A stretch of DNA of 64,000 nucleotides from an uncultured Collinsella sp. (lineage in GTDB: Bacteria; Actinomycetota; Coriobacteriia; Coriobacteriales; Coriobacteriaceae). The stretch lies in assembly GCA_902496115.1 (NCBI GenBank), contig CABUZK010000007.1:2256-66255 (forward strand), read 5' to 3'. Under the pieces are notes generated by a model. The model was not told where the DNA came from. It saw only the letters and a list, made by a program, of their open reading frames with translations, and ran no database searches. The stretch's first letter is position 1, and the number at the start of each line of letters is the position of its first letter. Shown piece by piece: positions 1 through 8,051 of this stretch. The translations under genes were made by a program, and so were the position numbers.

Positions 1-116
1 CCGCGCGCAGCCAGCGTCTTGCACGTCGAGGTCATCACCGCCCGGCCCGTATCTGCCACCGTGCCGTCAAAATCGAACAGCACGACCGGCCGTTTGCCTA
101 TCTCCAACGCCTCCAT
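1..116 (-). CDS. HAD-superfamily hydrolase, N-terminal fragment (gene continues past the window start)
   Basis: Reverse-strand ATG at 116-114. Translation MEALEIGKRPVVLFDFDGTVADTGRAVM... carries HAD motif I (DxDGT). Confidence 0.6.
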   Translation of the reverse strand, partial: MEALEIGKRPVVLFDFDGTVADTGRAVMTSTCKTLAAR

Positions 117-272
117 CGGCATTCCTCTTCCCCAGTTGACGATTTCCACACCGACACTTCAAACTGTTGACTATTCAACAATTGAACCTAGTAATGTGGA
201 ACGACTCAACTATACTTGTCGCACTTTGCTTTCAGAAGGCGGCGCGCAAGCGCCCCAACGAAAGGTGCAATT

Positions 273-1133
273 ATGTCTTTTGCCATCATAACCGACTCCA
301 CGTCGGACATCTCCCCCGCCCGCGCCCAAGAGCTCGGCATTTACGTGATTCCGCTGCATGTGATTATCGAGGGCGAGGACCTGCTCGACCAGGTGCAAAT
401 TACCGCCCAGGAGTACGTCGCGCGCATGGCCGGCTCCGAGCAGCTGCCGCACACCTCGCAGCCAAGCGGCGGCGAGTTCAAGGCGCTCTTTGATCGCGTG
501 CTCGCCGACGGCCACGACAGCGCCATCTTTATCTCGCTGTGCAGCGAGTGGTCTGCCTGCTACGCCAACGCGTGCCAGGTTGCCGATACCCACGAGCTCG
601 ACGTGCGCTGCATCGATTCGCGCACCGGTTCGGGCGCCGAGGGTTTGCTGGTGGAGTACGCGCTGGCCATGCGCGAGGACGGCCGCAGCCTGGACGAGAC
701 CGAGGCGCAGATCCGTGCGACGCTGCCCGACGCCCATCTGCTGCTGATTCCGCGCACACTCGAGAACCTGGTCAAGAACGGCCGCGCGCCCAAGCTCGCT
801 GGCCAGCTGACGCAGATGCTCAACATTCGTCTGGCCGTTTCGCCGGAGTGGAAATCGGGCGAGATCAAGGCCATCAAAAAGGGCCGCGGCGCCAAGCGCA
901 TCGTCGCCAACACCATGGCCGATTGCCTCGCATTTTTGGCCGAGCACCCGGGCTCTAGCGTGCGCGTGCTCACAACCGGCGCCACCGAGGAGCACGAGCT
1001 CGTCAGCCAAGCGCTCGCGGGCCAAGACTACGTAGACGCCGGCGCCGGCCCCATCGGCTGCACCATCGCCACCCACGTAGGCGTCGACGCCATCGCCATC
1101 AGCTACTGCCCCCGCTACCAGCCCATCCACTAG
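273..1133 (+). CDS. DegV family (fatty-acid-binding) protein
   Basis: Internal ATG at 273 of track ORF 216..1133. MSFAIITDSTSDISPARAQELGIYVIPLHV... is the typical DegV N-terminus. The antisense ORF 210..1187 is a shadow. Confidence 0.85.
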   Translation: MSFAIITDSTSDISPARAQELGIYVIPLHVIIEGEDLLDQVQITAQEYVARMAGSEQLPHTSQPSGGEFKALFDRVLADGHDSAIFISLCSEWSACYANACQVADTHELDVRCIDSRTGSGAEGLLVEYALAMREDGRSLDETEAQIRATLPDAHLLLIPRTLENLVKNGRAPKLAGQLTQMLNIRLAVSPEWKSGEIKAIKKGRGAKRIVANTMADCLAFLAEHPGSSVRVLTTGATEEHELVSQALAGQDYVDAGAGPIGCTIATHVGVDAIAISYCPRYQPIH

Positions 1134-1143
1134 GGGCACCTTT

Positions 1144-1214
1144 ACCACTTGCGGTGGAATAGGGACTGTTTTTTGGCGTATGGCCACAAATCAATCCCTA
1201 TTTCACCGCAACTT
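1144..1214 (+). repeat. Gene-terminal hairpin element, copy A (probable terminator of degV)
   Basis: Stem GCGGTGGAATAGGGA (1151-1165) pairs with TCCCTATTTCACCGC (1195-1209), followed by CTTCTTTT. It is a near-identical direct repeat of 4708-4778. Confidence 0.8.
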
Positions 1215-1301
1215 CTTTTGCTGAGCCATCCATATACAAGATATGCTGACGATCGGCGCATTCCCAGCTGTTTAGGGGAGCTTCGACTAGCCCCTAGCGG
1301 T

Positions 1302-1533
1302 ACCCGGTGGGCAAAAAATGGCAAATATGAGTACTGTCATAAATTTAGTAACAGCAAAATTTCGCTGAAATTGCCCGCTCCCACCGATTTCAAGCTCCAT
1401 AAAGCCCCGAATCGTCGTGTTTAGGGGGGGGTGAATATACTAAAACTCAGTCAATTGGTCTTAGATACTTCTCAAATGATATGAGACTAACCGGGCAACA
1501 GTACTCATATTTGCCATTTTTTGCCCACCGGGT
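1302..1533. mobile_element. MITE-like element, copy 1 (232 bp, 36-bp perfect terminal inverted repeats)
   Basis: ACCCGGTGGGCAAAAAATGGCAAATATGAGTACTGT at 1302-1337 is the exact reverse complement of 1498-1533. The interior is AT-rich. A related copy lies at 35679-35915. Confidence 0.75.
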
Positions 1534-1741
1534 CTGAATGAGGTCCGCTCTTTACGCCTCCGGCTACCCATATGACCGCAAACCCTGATTATCAAGGGCC
1601 GTCGCGCGCCTTGGCATCGACCGAAAGCCGCTCGCAGAATAATCCCTTGCCATTAGCAAACTTGAATCGAAATTACATATCCCAAAAAGCCGTAATGCCG
1701 TACCCTCGTCTCAACAACTCCAATACAAGGACGGCATTCAA

Positions 1742-4726
1742 ATGGGCAACGCCATGCATCAATACGCCCTCTTTGGGACCGCACAATTTAAATACGATCA
1801 GACGATCACACATATATCGGACCAACACCGACAAATCGTCATTTGCAACAACGGTTCAGACGTACGCTACGCAACGCTAGAAGAGTGGGAAGAAGCTGGC
1901 GCTTTGTTCGATGAACGAGCACAAATCGAGGGCATCGTCACCAGCGCGAGCCCAGCACGCGATAAACTCGAGCTCTTTCGCAGTCTCTTTACCGGGCGCA
2001 AAGATGTTTACGCTCATGGATATCGCAGAAAGGACGGGGGCATTGGCTATACGCCTGCTTGTGCTAATGAGTGGGAGCCAGGAATTTGCCCCAAAGCAGC
2101 CCATCAAAGAGTTAAATGTGTAGAATGCAGCAATCGCGTCTTCCCGGAATTAAGCGATGCCGCAATCATTGCTCACTTTAAAGGCAACGATGACCGGTTC
2201 CGCGATGTCCTCGGGCAATATGTTCTCGATAGGAACTGCAACACGAAAGTTCTCGTCATCGATTTTGACAAAGCGGACTGGAAAGAGGCAACAAATGCCG
2301 TACGGCTTGTTGCAATACGACGGGGCATTAACGCCGCCGTTGAGCGCTCAAGGTCCGGCAACGGCGCCCACATCTGGTTTTTCTTCCTCGAGCCAATCAG
2401 CGCAAAGGCTGCCCGAGAGTTTGGAAGTTGCCTCATAACCGAAGCTGCGGCGCATAATAAGACAATCACGTTCGAGGCCTTTGATCGAATGCTACCCGCT
2501 CAGGCCACTATTCCCGATGGAGGCTTCGGAAACCTCATCGCACTCCCCTTTCAAGGCAAGGCGCAACGTGAAGGAAACAGTGTATTTGTAGACGAACAAT
2601 TCAAGCCCTTTCCCGACCAATGGCTCTATCTATCACAAGTCCAGCTGATTCCGCGCTCGACGGTGCAAGATCTGATTGAGGCCCCTGGAAACAACCCACA
2701 CGGAACAGCAACAACTACGGTGGCAAACAAGGGCAAACGGTATGCCCAAAGACCACGAAAGCGACTACCACTCACATCGCGGGACTTTCCCTCATCGCTG
2801 CCCGTTATTCAAGCCGATATGCTGTACATCCCCGAGAAGTCTCTGAGTCCAGCAGCTCAAATGGAAATCCGCGGACTTGCGACATTTGCCAATCCGGCAT
2901 TCTATCGCGCGCAGTCCATGCATCAATCAGTATTCGGCAAACCGCGACTCATAGACCTTAGCGAACTGAGAGATGGTCATGTTGCAATTCCCCGGGGCTG
3001 CAAAACTCAACTTGAGCGGCTAGTTCAAGAGACCGGCGTTACCGCCCACTATTCAGACGAGCGCAAATCGGGCAATCCGATTGTTATGGCATTTAAAGGA
3101 GTCCTTCGCCCTGAGCAGCAAATCGCCGCTGATCAGATGCTCATATACGAAGACGGAATCATGTCCGCGCCGACAGGCTTCGGTAAAACAGTCGTCGGAG
3201 CTTATCTTATTGCATCCATTGGTCTTCCAACGCTCGTCATCGTTCCCAAAACCGCACTCATAACCCAATGGAAATCCCAGCTCGAGCGATTTATCGACAT
3301 TACGGACAACAGGGAGCCCGTCCGAACCCCAAAAGGACGAATCAGCAAAAGGCAGCCTCCGGTCATCGGACAAATAGGAGGAGGCAAAATGGCCGTAAGC
3401 GGCCTCGTCGACATCGCTTCGTTCCAGTCGTTATCTGGCAAAGACCGTCAAACCGGAGAGCCGATAGTTAAGGGCCTTGTTCGTAATTACGGCCTCATTA
3501 TCTGCGACGAATGCCACCATGCCGCCGCACCACAGCTCGAGCTTATTCTCAAGTCCGCCCCGGCCAAATACGTATACGGCCTTTCTGCGACGCCCGAACG
3601 ATCCGACGGCCTTACGCGGGCGCTCTCCATGCTCTGCGGCCCGCTCCGTTATGTTATCGATCCAAAAGCGCAAGCGATTCAGCAGGGCATCCAGCGCATC
3701 GTACGGCCTCGTTTTACTGGAATTCGACTACCCGCCTACGAGCCAGGTGCAAGCTTCAATCAGATTCTCGACCTGCCGTGCACGCATGCAGCTAGAAACG
3801 AATTGATTGTCAACGACGCTATTGAAGCTGCGTCAAACGGCCGGCATCCGCTCGTGCTGACTAAAAGGAAAAAGCATGCCGAGGAGCTGTTCGGGATGCT
3901 CAAAAACCAAGGACACGAACCCGTTCTCCTGACCGGGGAAATCGACGCCAAAGAAAGAAAAACGATACTGAGCAGTCTTCCCCGCTTCGAGCATGAACAT
4001 CGAATCATCGTCGCCACCGAAAGCCTTTTGGGCGAGGGCTTCGATCTGTCCTACCTTGACACTCTACTCATTGCCACGCCGATATCGTGGGACGGCAGCA
4101 TCACGCAGCAGGCAGGCAGGCTCCATAGAAGCCACGAGGGCAAGCGACGGGTTGAGATATTCGACTACGTTGATTTATCTATACCCATGCTCGCCCGCAT
4201 GTACCAGAAGAGACTCAAGACCTACGCCAAGCTCGGGTACGAAGTCTACGTGACCGGAGGCAGCGAGCAGTCCGATCAAAACATTCTCATAGAACCGGCT
4301 AATGCCGTAGAGACTCTGGTTGAAGACATCGTTGGCGCCGCTAAGAGCATCTTCATTGCCGCGCCCTACGCATCCGCCGCCTGCCTCGCAAAGCTCGGCG
4401 ATGCAATCAAAGGTGCCACTGCCCGAGGGATTGCTCTTGAGTTTTTCATTGCCTCGACTCCGCGCGAAGATGCAAGCGAGACTTTGGCAAAAATGAACGT
4501 CGAGCATGCCATTAGAGCAGAAGGACGTTTGTGTGCAGCGATAATTGACGAAGAAACTATCTGGTACGGAACGATCCCGCTACTAGCTTTCCCCAAGAAA
4601 GAAGACTGCAGCATCAGGTTCAAAAACAGCGAGATCGCAGCGGAGCTCTTAGACGAAATCAACCACAAGGGAAAGCCAGATGCCACGTCAACAGGCAGGA
4701 CATCCCCACCACTTGCGGTGGAATAG
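1742..4726 (+). CDS. AEP-type primase-polymerase domain fused to an SF2 DEAH-box helicase with a C-terminal PLD-like-looking domain (single-protein conflict-system candidate)
   Basis: 994-aa ORF. AEP motifs are VLVIDFDKADW (DxD, nt 2261-2269) and SRSGNGAHIWFFF (nt 2354-2371). Helicase motifs are Walker A APTGFGKT (nt 3167-3190), DECH (nt 3506-3517), SATPER and QQAGRLHR. The stop codon lies inside repeat B. Confidence 0.85.
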   Translation: MGNAMHQYALFGTAQFKYDQTITHISDQHRQIVICNNGSDVRYATLEEWEEAGALFDERAQIEGIVTSASPARDKLELFRSLFTGRKDVYAHGYRRKDGGIGYTPACANEWEPGICPKAAHQRVKCVECSNRVFPELSDAAIIAHFKGNDDRFRDVLGQYVLDRNCNTKVLVIDFDKADWKEATNAVRLVAIRRGINAAVERSRSGNGAHIWFFFLEPISAKAAREFGSCLITEAAAHNKTITFEAFDRMLPAQATIPDGGFGNLIALPFQGKAQREGNSVFVDEQFKPFPDQWLYLSQVQLIPRSTVQDLIEAPGNNPHGTATTTVANKGKRYAQRPRKRLPLTSRDFPSSLPVIQADMLYIPEKSLSPAAQMEIRGLATFANPAFYRAQSMHQSVFGKPRLIDLSELRDGHVAIPRGCKTQLERLVQETGVTAHYSDERKSGNPIVMAFKGVLRPEQQIAADQMLIYEDGIMSAPTGFGKTVVGAYLIASIGLPTLVIVPKTALITQWKSQLERFIDITDNREPVRTPKGRISKRQPPVIGQIGGGKMAVSGLVDIASFQSLSGKDRQTGEPIVKGLVRNYGLIICDECHHAAAPQLELILKSAPAKYVYGLSATPERSDGLTRALSMLCGPLRYVIDPKAQAIQQGIQRIVRPRFTGIRLPAYEPGASFNQILDLPCTHAARNELIVNDAIEAASNGRHPLVLTKRKKHAEELFGMLKNQGHEPVLLTGEIDAKERKTILSSLPRFEHEHRIIVATESLLGEGFDLSYLDTLLIATPISWDGSITQQAGRLHRSHEGKRRVEIFDYVDLSIPMLARMYQKRLKTYAKLGYEVYVTGGSEQSDQNILIEPANAVETLVEDIVGAAKSIFIAAPYASAACLAKLGDAIKGATARGIALEFFIASTPREDASETLAKMNVEHAIRAEGRLCAAIIDEETIWYGTIPLLAFPKKEDCSIRFKNSEIAAELLDEINHKGKPDATSTGRTSPPLAVE

Positions 4727-4778
4727 GGACTGTTTTTGGCTTATCAGCCGCAAATCAATCCCTATTCCACCGCAACTT
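4708..4778 (+). repeat. Gene-terminal hairpin element, copy B (direct repeat of copy A)
   Basis: The first 30 nt are identical to 1144-1173 and the last 24 nt have 1 mismatch. The loop has diverged. It contains the last 6 codons and the stop of the helicase gene. Confidence 0.8.
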
Positions 4779-4790
4779 AGAAATCGGCAA

Positions 4791-5099
4791 TCAGCCCTGC
4801 GGGCCCCGGAACAGTTCCTCATGCGAGCCCATTCTGACCAGTCGGATCACAGGATTAGTCTTATGCGGCAAGTAGAGAACGATCACATCGACCAAGCCAT
4901 CGGATAGATGGAAATCGATGTGGCCGTTGTAATTGCCGCCCGGGTTTGAAAGCTCATGGGCGCCATATTCCGCGGGAAGCGAGCCGCGAGCTGCAAGCTC
5001 TGCGACTGCCGCCTTAAACTCGGTTTTTAGCTGCGGATGGATGCGCGTCGTCCGTTTGTAATCCGCCTTAAACTGAGCCTCGACTTTAATCTCAAACAT
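4791..5099 (-). CDS. Type II toxin, YafQ/RelE-superfamily mRNA interferase
   Basis: 102 aa with ...YGAHELSNPGGNYNGHIDFHLSDGLVDVIVLYLPHKTNPVIRLVRMGSHEELF, the YafQ-type C-terminal signature. It sits 2 nt downstream of the antitoxin gene. Confidence 0.8.
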   Translation of the reverse strand: MFEIKVEAQFKADYKRTTRIHPQLKTEFKAAVAELAARGSLPAEYGAHELSNPGGNYNGHIDFHLSDGLVDVIVLYLPHKTNPVIRLVRMGSHEELFRGPQG

Positions 5100-5101
5100 C
5101 G

Positions 5102-5401
5102 CTAGTCCTCATCGAGGAACGATATAAGCTCATCAGCGTTATTGAATGACGGGCTGTCGTCTGGCAGAATCCCCAACTCATGAGCCTCGGCAATCACCAT
5201 GGCGCGCCTCGTCGCCTCGTTGGGAACTTCGGGCCGACCCACAATCTCAAACGGAATCTTTCGCTGATTTACCAGCTGCCGAACAGCAAGGTTGAGATAC
5301 GAATTGAGACTCAGGCCAACTGTATCCAAGAACTCAGTCGCCTGTTCCTTGAGCCCCTCTTCGATGCGAACCGTCGTAGGCTTAACCGTTACAGTAGACA
5401 T
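5102..5401 (-). CDS. Type II antitoxin, RelB/DinJ family
   Basis: ATG at 5401 preceded by GAGGAGG. MSTVTVKPTTVRIEEGLKEQATEFLDTVGLSLNSYLNLAVRQLVNQRKIPFEI is a DinJ-like ribbon-helix-helix. Confidence 0.8.
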   Translation of the reverse strand: MSTVTVKPTTVRIEEGLKEQATEFLDTVGLSLNSYLNLAVRQLVNQRKIPFEIVGRPEVPNEATRRAMVIAEAHELGILPDDSPSFNNADELISFLDED

Positions 5402-5446
5402 ACGCGACCTCCTCGCTCTCGTCTTTTGCATCAGTATACCCAGTTT

Positions 5447-5486
5447 AGAAGGCAGACTGATGTTAAATAGCATCAGTCTGCCTTCT
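5447..5486. promoter_or_regulatory. 16-bp perfect inverted repeat upstream of dinJ-yafQ (candidate TA operator and/or terminator of the LOG gene)
   Basis: AGAAGGCAGACTGATG (5447-5462) / CATCAGTCTGCCTTCT (5471-5486). On the minus strand it is followed by a TATACT -10-like box and the antitoxin RBS. Confidence 0.5.
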
Positions 5487-5514
5487 CATCACTACAACGA
5501 CAGGCGCGCTCGCC

Positions 5515-6273
5515 CTACATCAGCCCGCTCAGGGAGATGTCGACGGCCTCGTTGAGGTCGTCGGTAATGTGCACCAGCTCCGGATCGAGCGGGCTAATCA
5601 TACCGGCGTCCATCACCGGACCGTTAAGCCAGTCGAATAGGCCCTGCCAGTACTCGGTGCCCACCAGCACGAGCGGCATGCGCTTGACCTTGTGTGTCTG
5701 CACCAGCGTGAGCACCTCGAACATTTCGTCGAGCGTACCAAAACCTCCGGGAAACACGATGGCGCCCGAGCTGTATTTGACGAACATGGTCTTGCGCACA
5801 AAGAAGTAACGGAAGTCCATGCCGAGGTTCACGTATTTATTGAGCCCATGCTCGTGCGGCAATTCAATGCCCAGGCCAACTGACTTGCCGTTGACACTCG
5901 CCGCTCCCCTGTTGGCCGCTTCCATGATGCCGGGGCCGCCACCGGTGATGACCGCCACGCCGCGCTGGGCGATTTTGCGGCCGACCGTGCGCGCCGCCTT
6001 ATAGAGCGGATCGGTCTTGGGCGTGCGGGCGCTGCCGAAGATGGTCACAGCGGGCCCGAGCTCGGCAAGTGCGCCAAAGCCATCGACAAACTCGGCCTGG
6101 ATGCGCAGCACGCGCCAGGGGTCGGTGTGCAACCAGTCGGTCGAGTCCTCGGGCGCCAGCAGGTTGGCGTAGGTGTTGTCCTTTGGAATCATGGGGCCGC
6201 GCATGACCACGGGACCGCGTCGGTACGTCTCGTCGTAGGCAGGCTCGCCCTCGATATTCTCGTTCTTAATCAT
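5515..6273 (-). CDS. LOG family / TIGR00730 Rossmann-fold protein (nucleotide 5'-monophosphate nucleosidase-like)
   Basis: ATG at 6273 with GGAG upstream. Motifs GGGPGIMEAANRGA and PGGFGTLDE. Confidence 0.8.
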   Translation of the reverse strand: MIKNENIEGEPAYDETYRRGPVVMRGPMIPKDNTYANLLAPEDSTDWLHTDPWRVLRIQAEFVDGFGALAELGPAVTIFGSARTPKTDPLYKAARTVGRKIAQRGVAVITGGGPGIMEAANRGAASVNGKSVGLGIELPHEHGLNKYVNLGMDFRYFFVRKTMFVKYSSGAIVFPGGFGTLDEMFEVLTLVQTHKVKRMPLVLVGTEYWQGLFDWLNGPVMDAGMISPLDPELVHITDDLNEAVDISLSGLM

Positions 6274-6486
6274 GGGTACTCCTATCGAGAAAAAGAAAAA
6301 CGGGCGGGGTCGACGCCATGCGTCAAACACCCGCCCGAACATCAACTATTCGATATGGTACCCACGATGCATCAAGTGCTTGCAAGCTATCGGTCATCGG
6401 TCTCGCAGACGGTGTTAGCGAACGTGACGACCGGCCAGCGCTCGCCCCTTGCCGTTGCTAGCGCTCTGCAAGCGCCCGCGCCGCTC

Positions 6487-7626
6487 TTAGTAGTCCACCG
6501 CCGCAGGACTGTTCATCCAGTCGCTCACAAACGCGCCGTAGCGGCCCTCGATAATGGCCTGACGGGCACGCTGCATAAGGTTGAGCAGGTAGTAGATGTT
6601 GTGCATCGACAGCAGAATACCGCCGAGCATCTCCTTCTGCGTGACCATGTGACGGATGAGCGCACGGCTGTAGCCGCCCGTGCACACCGGGCAGGTGCAG
6701 GTGGGGTCGATAGGGCCGTCGTCGTGCGCAAAGCGCGCGTTGCGGAAGTTAAGGCGACCTTCACTGGAGAACGCCGTACCCATGCGGCCGGTGCGCGTCG
6801 GCAGCACGCAGTCGAACATGTCGATACCCACGCCCACGCCGCGCACGAGCGTGGTAGGGTTGCCGACGCCCATGAGGTAGCGCGGCTTGTGCTTAGGCAT
6901 GTACTCGGAAACCAGCGGTGCCAGCGTCTCGAACATGGTCTCGTGGTCCTCGCCCACCGAATAGCCGCCGATGCCGTAACCCGGGAAGTCGCCGCACTCC
7001 TCCAGATGGCGCAGCGAGCGCAGGCGCAGATCCAGGTGCATGCCGCCCTGAACGATGCCAAAGAGCGCCTGGTCATCGCGGGTATGCGCCTTATAGCAGC
7101 GCTCGGCCCACATACTCGACAGCTCAACGGCGCGCTCGACGTAGGCGCGCGTGGCGGGATAGCCCGGGCACTGGTCGAGCTGCATGCAGATATCGGAGCC
7201 GAGCTTCATGGCGATTTCCATGTTGTCCTCGGGCGTCCAGAACACGTGGCGGCCGTCGTAGTCATTGACGATAAAGCGCACGCCCTCGTCGGTGAGCTTG
7301 ACGGCGTCGTTGTGGCTGAACACCTGGAAGCCGCCCGAATCGGTAAGAATGGGGCCGTGCCAGTTCATAAACTTGTGCAGGCCGCCCAGCTCGGCAATGG
7401 TGTCCTCGCCGGGACGCATGGACAGGTGATAGGTGTTGGCAAGCACGATCTGGGCGCCGAGCTGTTTGACGGTCTCGGTAGGAATACCCTTGACGTTTGC
7501 CTTGGTGCCCACGGGCATAAAGATTGGCGTCTCGATATCGCCGTGCGGGGTGTGCAGTACGCCGGCACGCGCGTGCGTCGTCGGGTCCTCGGCGATCAGG
7601 TCGAATTTAAAAAGGCTCTGGTCCAT
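6487..7626 (-). CDS. tgt: tRNA-guanine (queuine) transglycosylase
   Basis: 379 aa with FMPVGTKANVKG, LTDSGGFQVFS and a Zn-site CxCxxC...H region. AAGGAG RBS. Confidence 0.95.
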   Translation of the reverse strand: MDQSLFKFDLIAEDPTTHARAGVLHTPHGDIETPIFMPVGTKANVKGIPTETVKQLGAQIVLANTYHLSMRPGEDTIAELGGLHKFMNWHGPILTDSGGFQVFSHNDAVKLTDEGVRFIVNDYDGRHVFWTPEDNMEIAMKLGSDICMQLDQCPGYPATRAYVERAVELSSMWAERCYKAHTRDDQALFGIVQGGMHLDLRLRSLRHLEECGDFPGYGIGGYSVGEDHETMFETLAPLVSEYMPKHKPRYLMGVGNPTTLVRGVGVGIDMFDCVLPTRTGRMGTAFSSEGRLNFRNARFAHDDGPIDPTCTCPVCTGGYSRALIRHMVTQKEMLGGILLSMHNIYYLLNLMQRARQAIIEGRYGAFVSDWMNSPAAVDY

Positions 7627-7756
7627 AAACTGGAACTCCTTGGTTGCGGTTCATACGCAAACCATTATACGGGCAACCCGCAAGGAGCACCGACTCGACA
7701 GAAACTGGCGCAAAGGGGGCAGCAAACGAGCGTGGATTTTCGGACGCCCATCTCAT

Positions 7757-7820
7757 GAGAGTGGATAATCTCCCACTTTTGCCCGAAACACAGACCAAAA
7801 ACGGGAGATTATCCACTCTC
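7757..7820. repeat. 18-bp perfect stem / 28-nt loop hairpin (distant relative of the A/B/C hairpins)
   Basis: GAGAGTGGATAATCTCCC (7757-7774) / GGGAGATTATCCACTCTC (7803-7820). It creates the artefactual mirror ORFs 7607..7837 and 7644..7841. Confidence 0.7.
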
Positions 7821-7874
7821 GTTCGGCGGGTACTCATTTAAGTACGTCCCCAATGAGTGGAGCTATTTACCAGC

Positions 7875-8049
7875 CACGCCAACGCCGATGTTTTGGGAAT
7901 GTCAGCGAGCGGTCGCCAGGGCGAACAAATTGGCATGAAAAGAGGACGGCATAGACCTTCTGGTCATGCCGCCCTCTTTGAATGACAAGTTGTCGCCCTG
8001 GCGACCGCGCAGCGTCGGCCCGTTACGGCGTTTGGCAAAACGCCGTAAC
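7875..8049. repeat. Structured ~175-nt element, copy 1 (candidate ncRNA / 3'-UTR element)
   Basis: Conserved blocks CACGCCAACGCC.ATGTTT, GTCAGCGA, GGCAT.GACCTTCTGGTCATGCC and GCAGCGTCG are shared with 11136-11307. A 16-bp perfect stem pairs 7909-7924 with 7993-8008. The terminal hairpin 8022-8049 abuts the stop of the SDR gene. Confidence 0.7.
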
Positions 8050-8051
8050 TC

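Noticed and set aside
1144-4778. Integron-like gene cassette with attC hairpins.
   Set aside because: The structure-conserved, sequence-variable hairpins after single genes are reminiscent of attC. However, there is no intI and the ends do not fit the RYYYAAC/GTTRRRY core sites. Other copies follow ordinary housekeeping genes.
6127-7758. Long ORFs antisense to or overlapping recognised genes. Examples: 210..1187(-), 6127..7758(+), 8169..8924(+), 11439..12548(+), 14176..15429(-), 16155..17186(-), 17598..18794(-), 20646..21350(-), 27403..29148(+), 30466..31608(+), 32343..33455(+), 34029..35597(+), 50836..52032(-), 57440..58243(+), 61188..62126(+).
   Set aside because: Each mirrors a CDS with clear family motifs on the other strand. 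Their translations are Arg/Ala/Gly/Val-rich low-complexity sequences typical of shadow ORFs in high-G+C DNA, and none has a convincing RBS.
7607-7841. Mirror ORFs 7607..7837(-) and 7644..7841(+).
   Set aside because: Both are generated by the 18-bp perfect hairpin at 7757-7820 and lie in the tgt upstream intergenic region.
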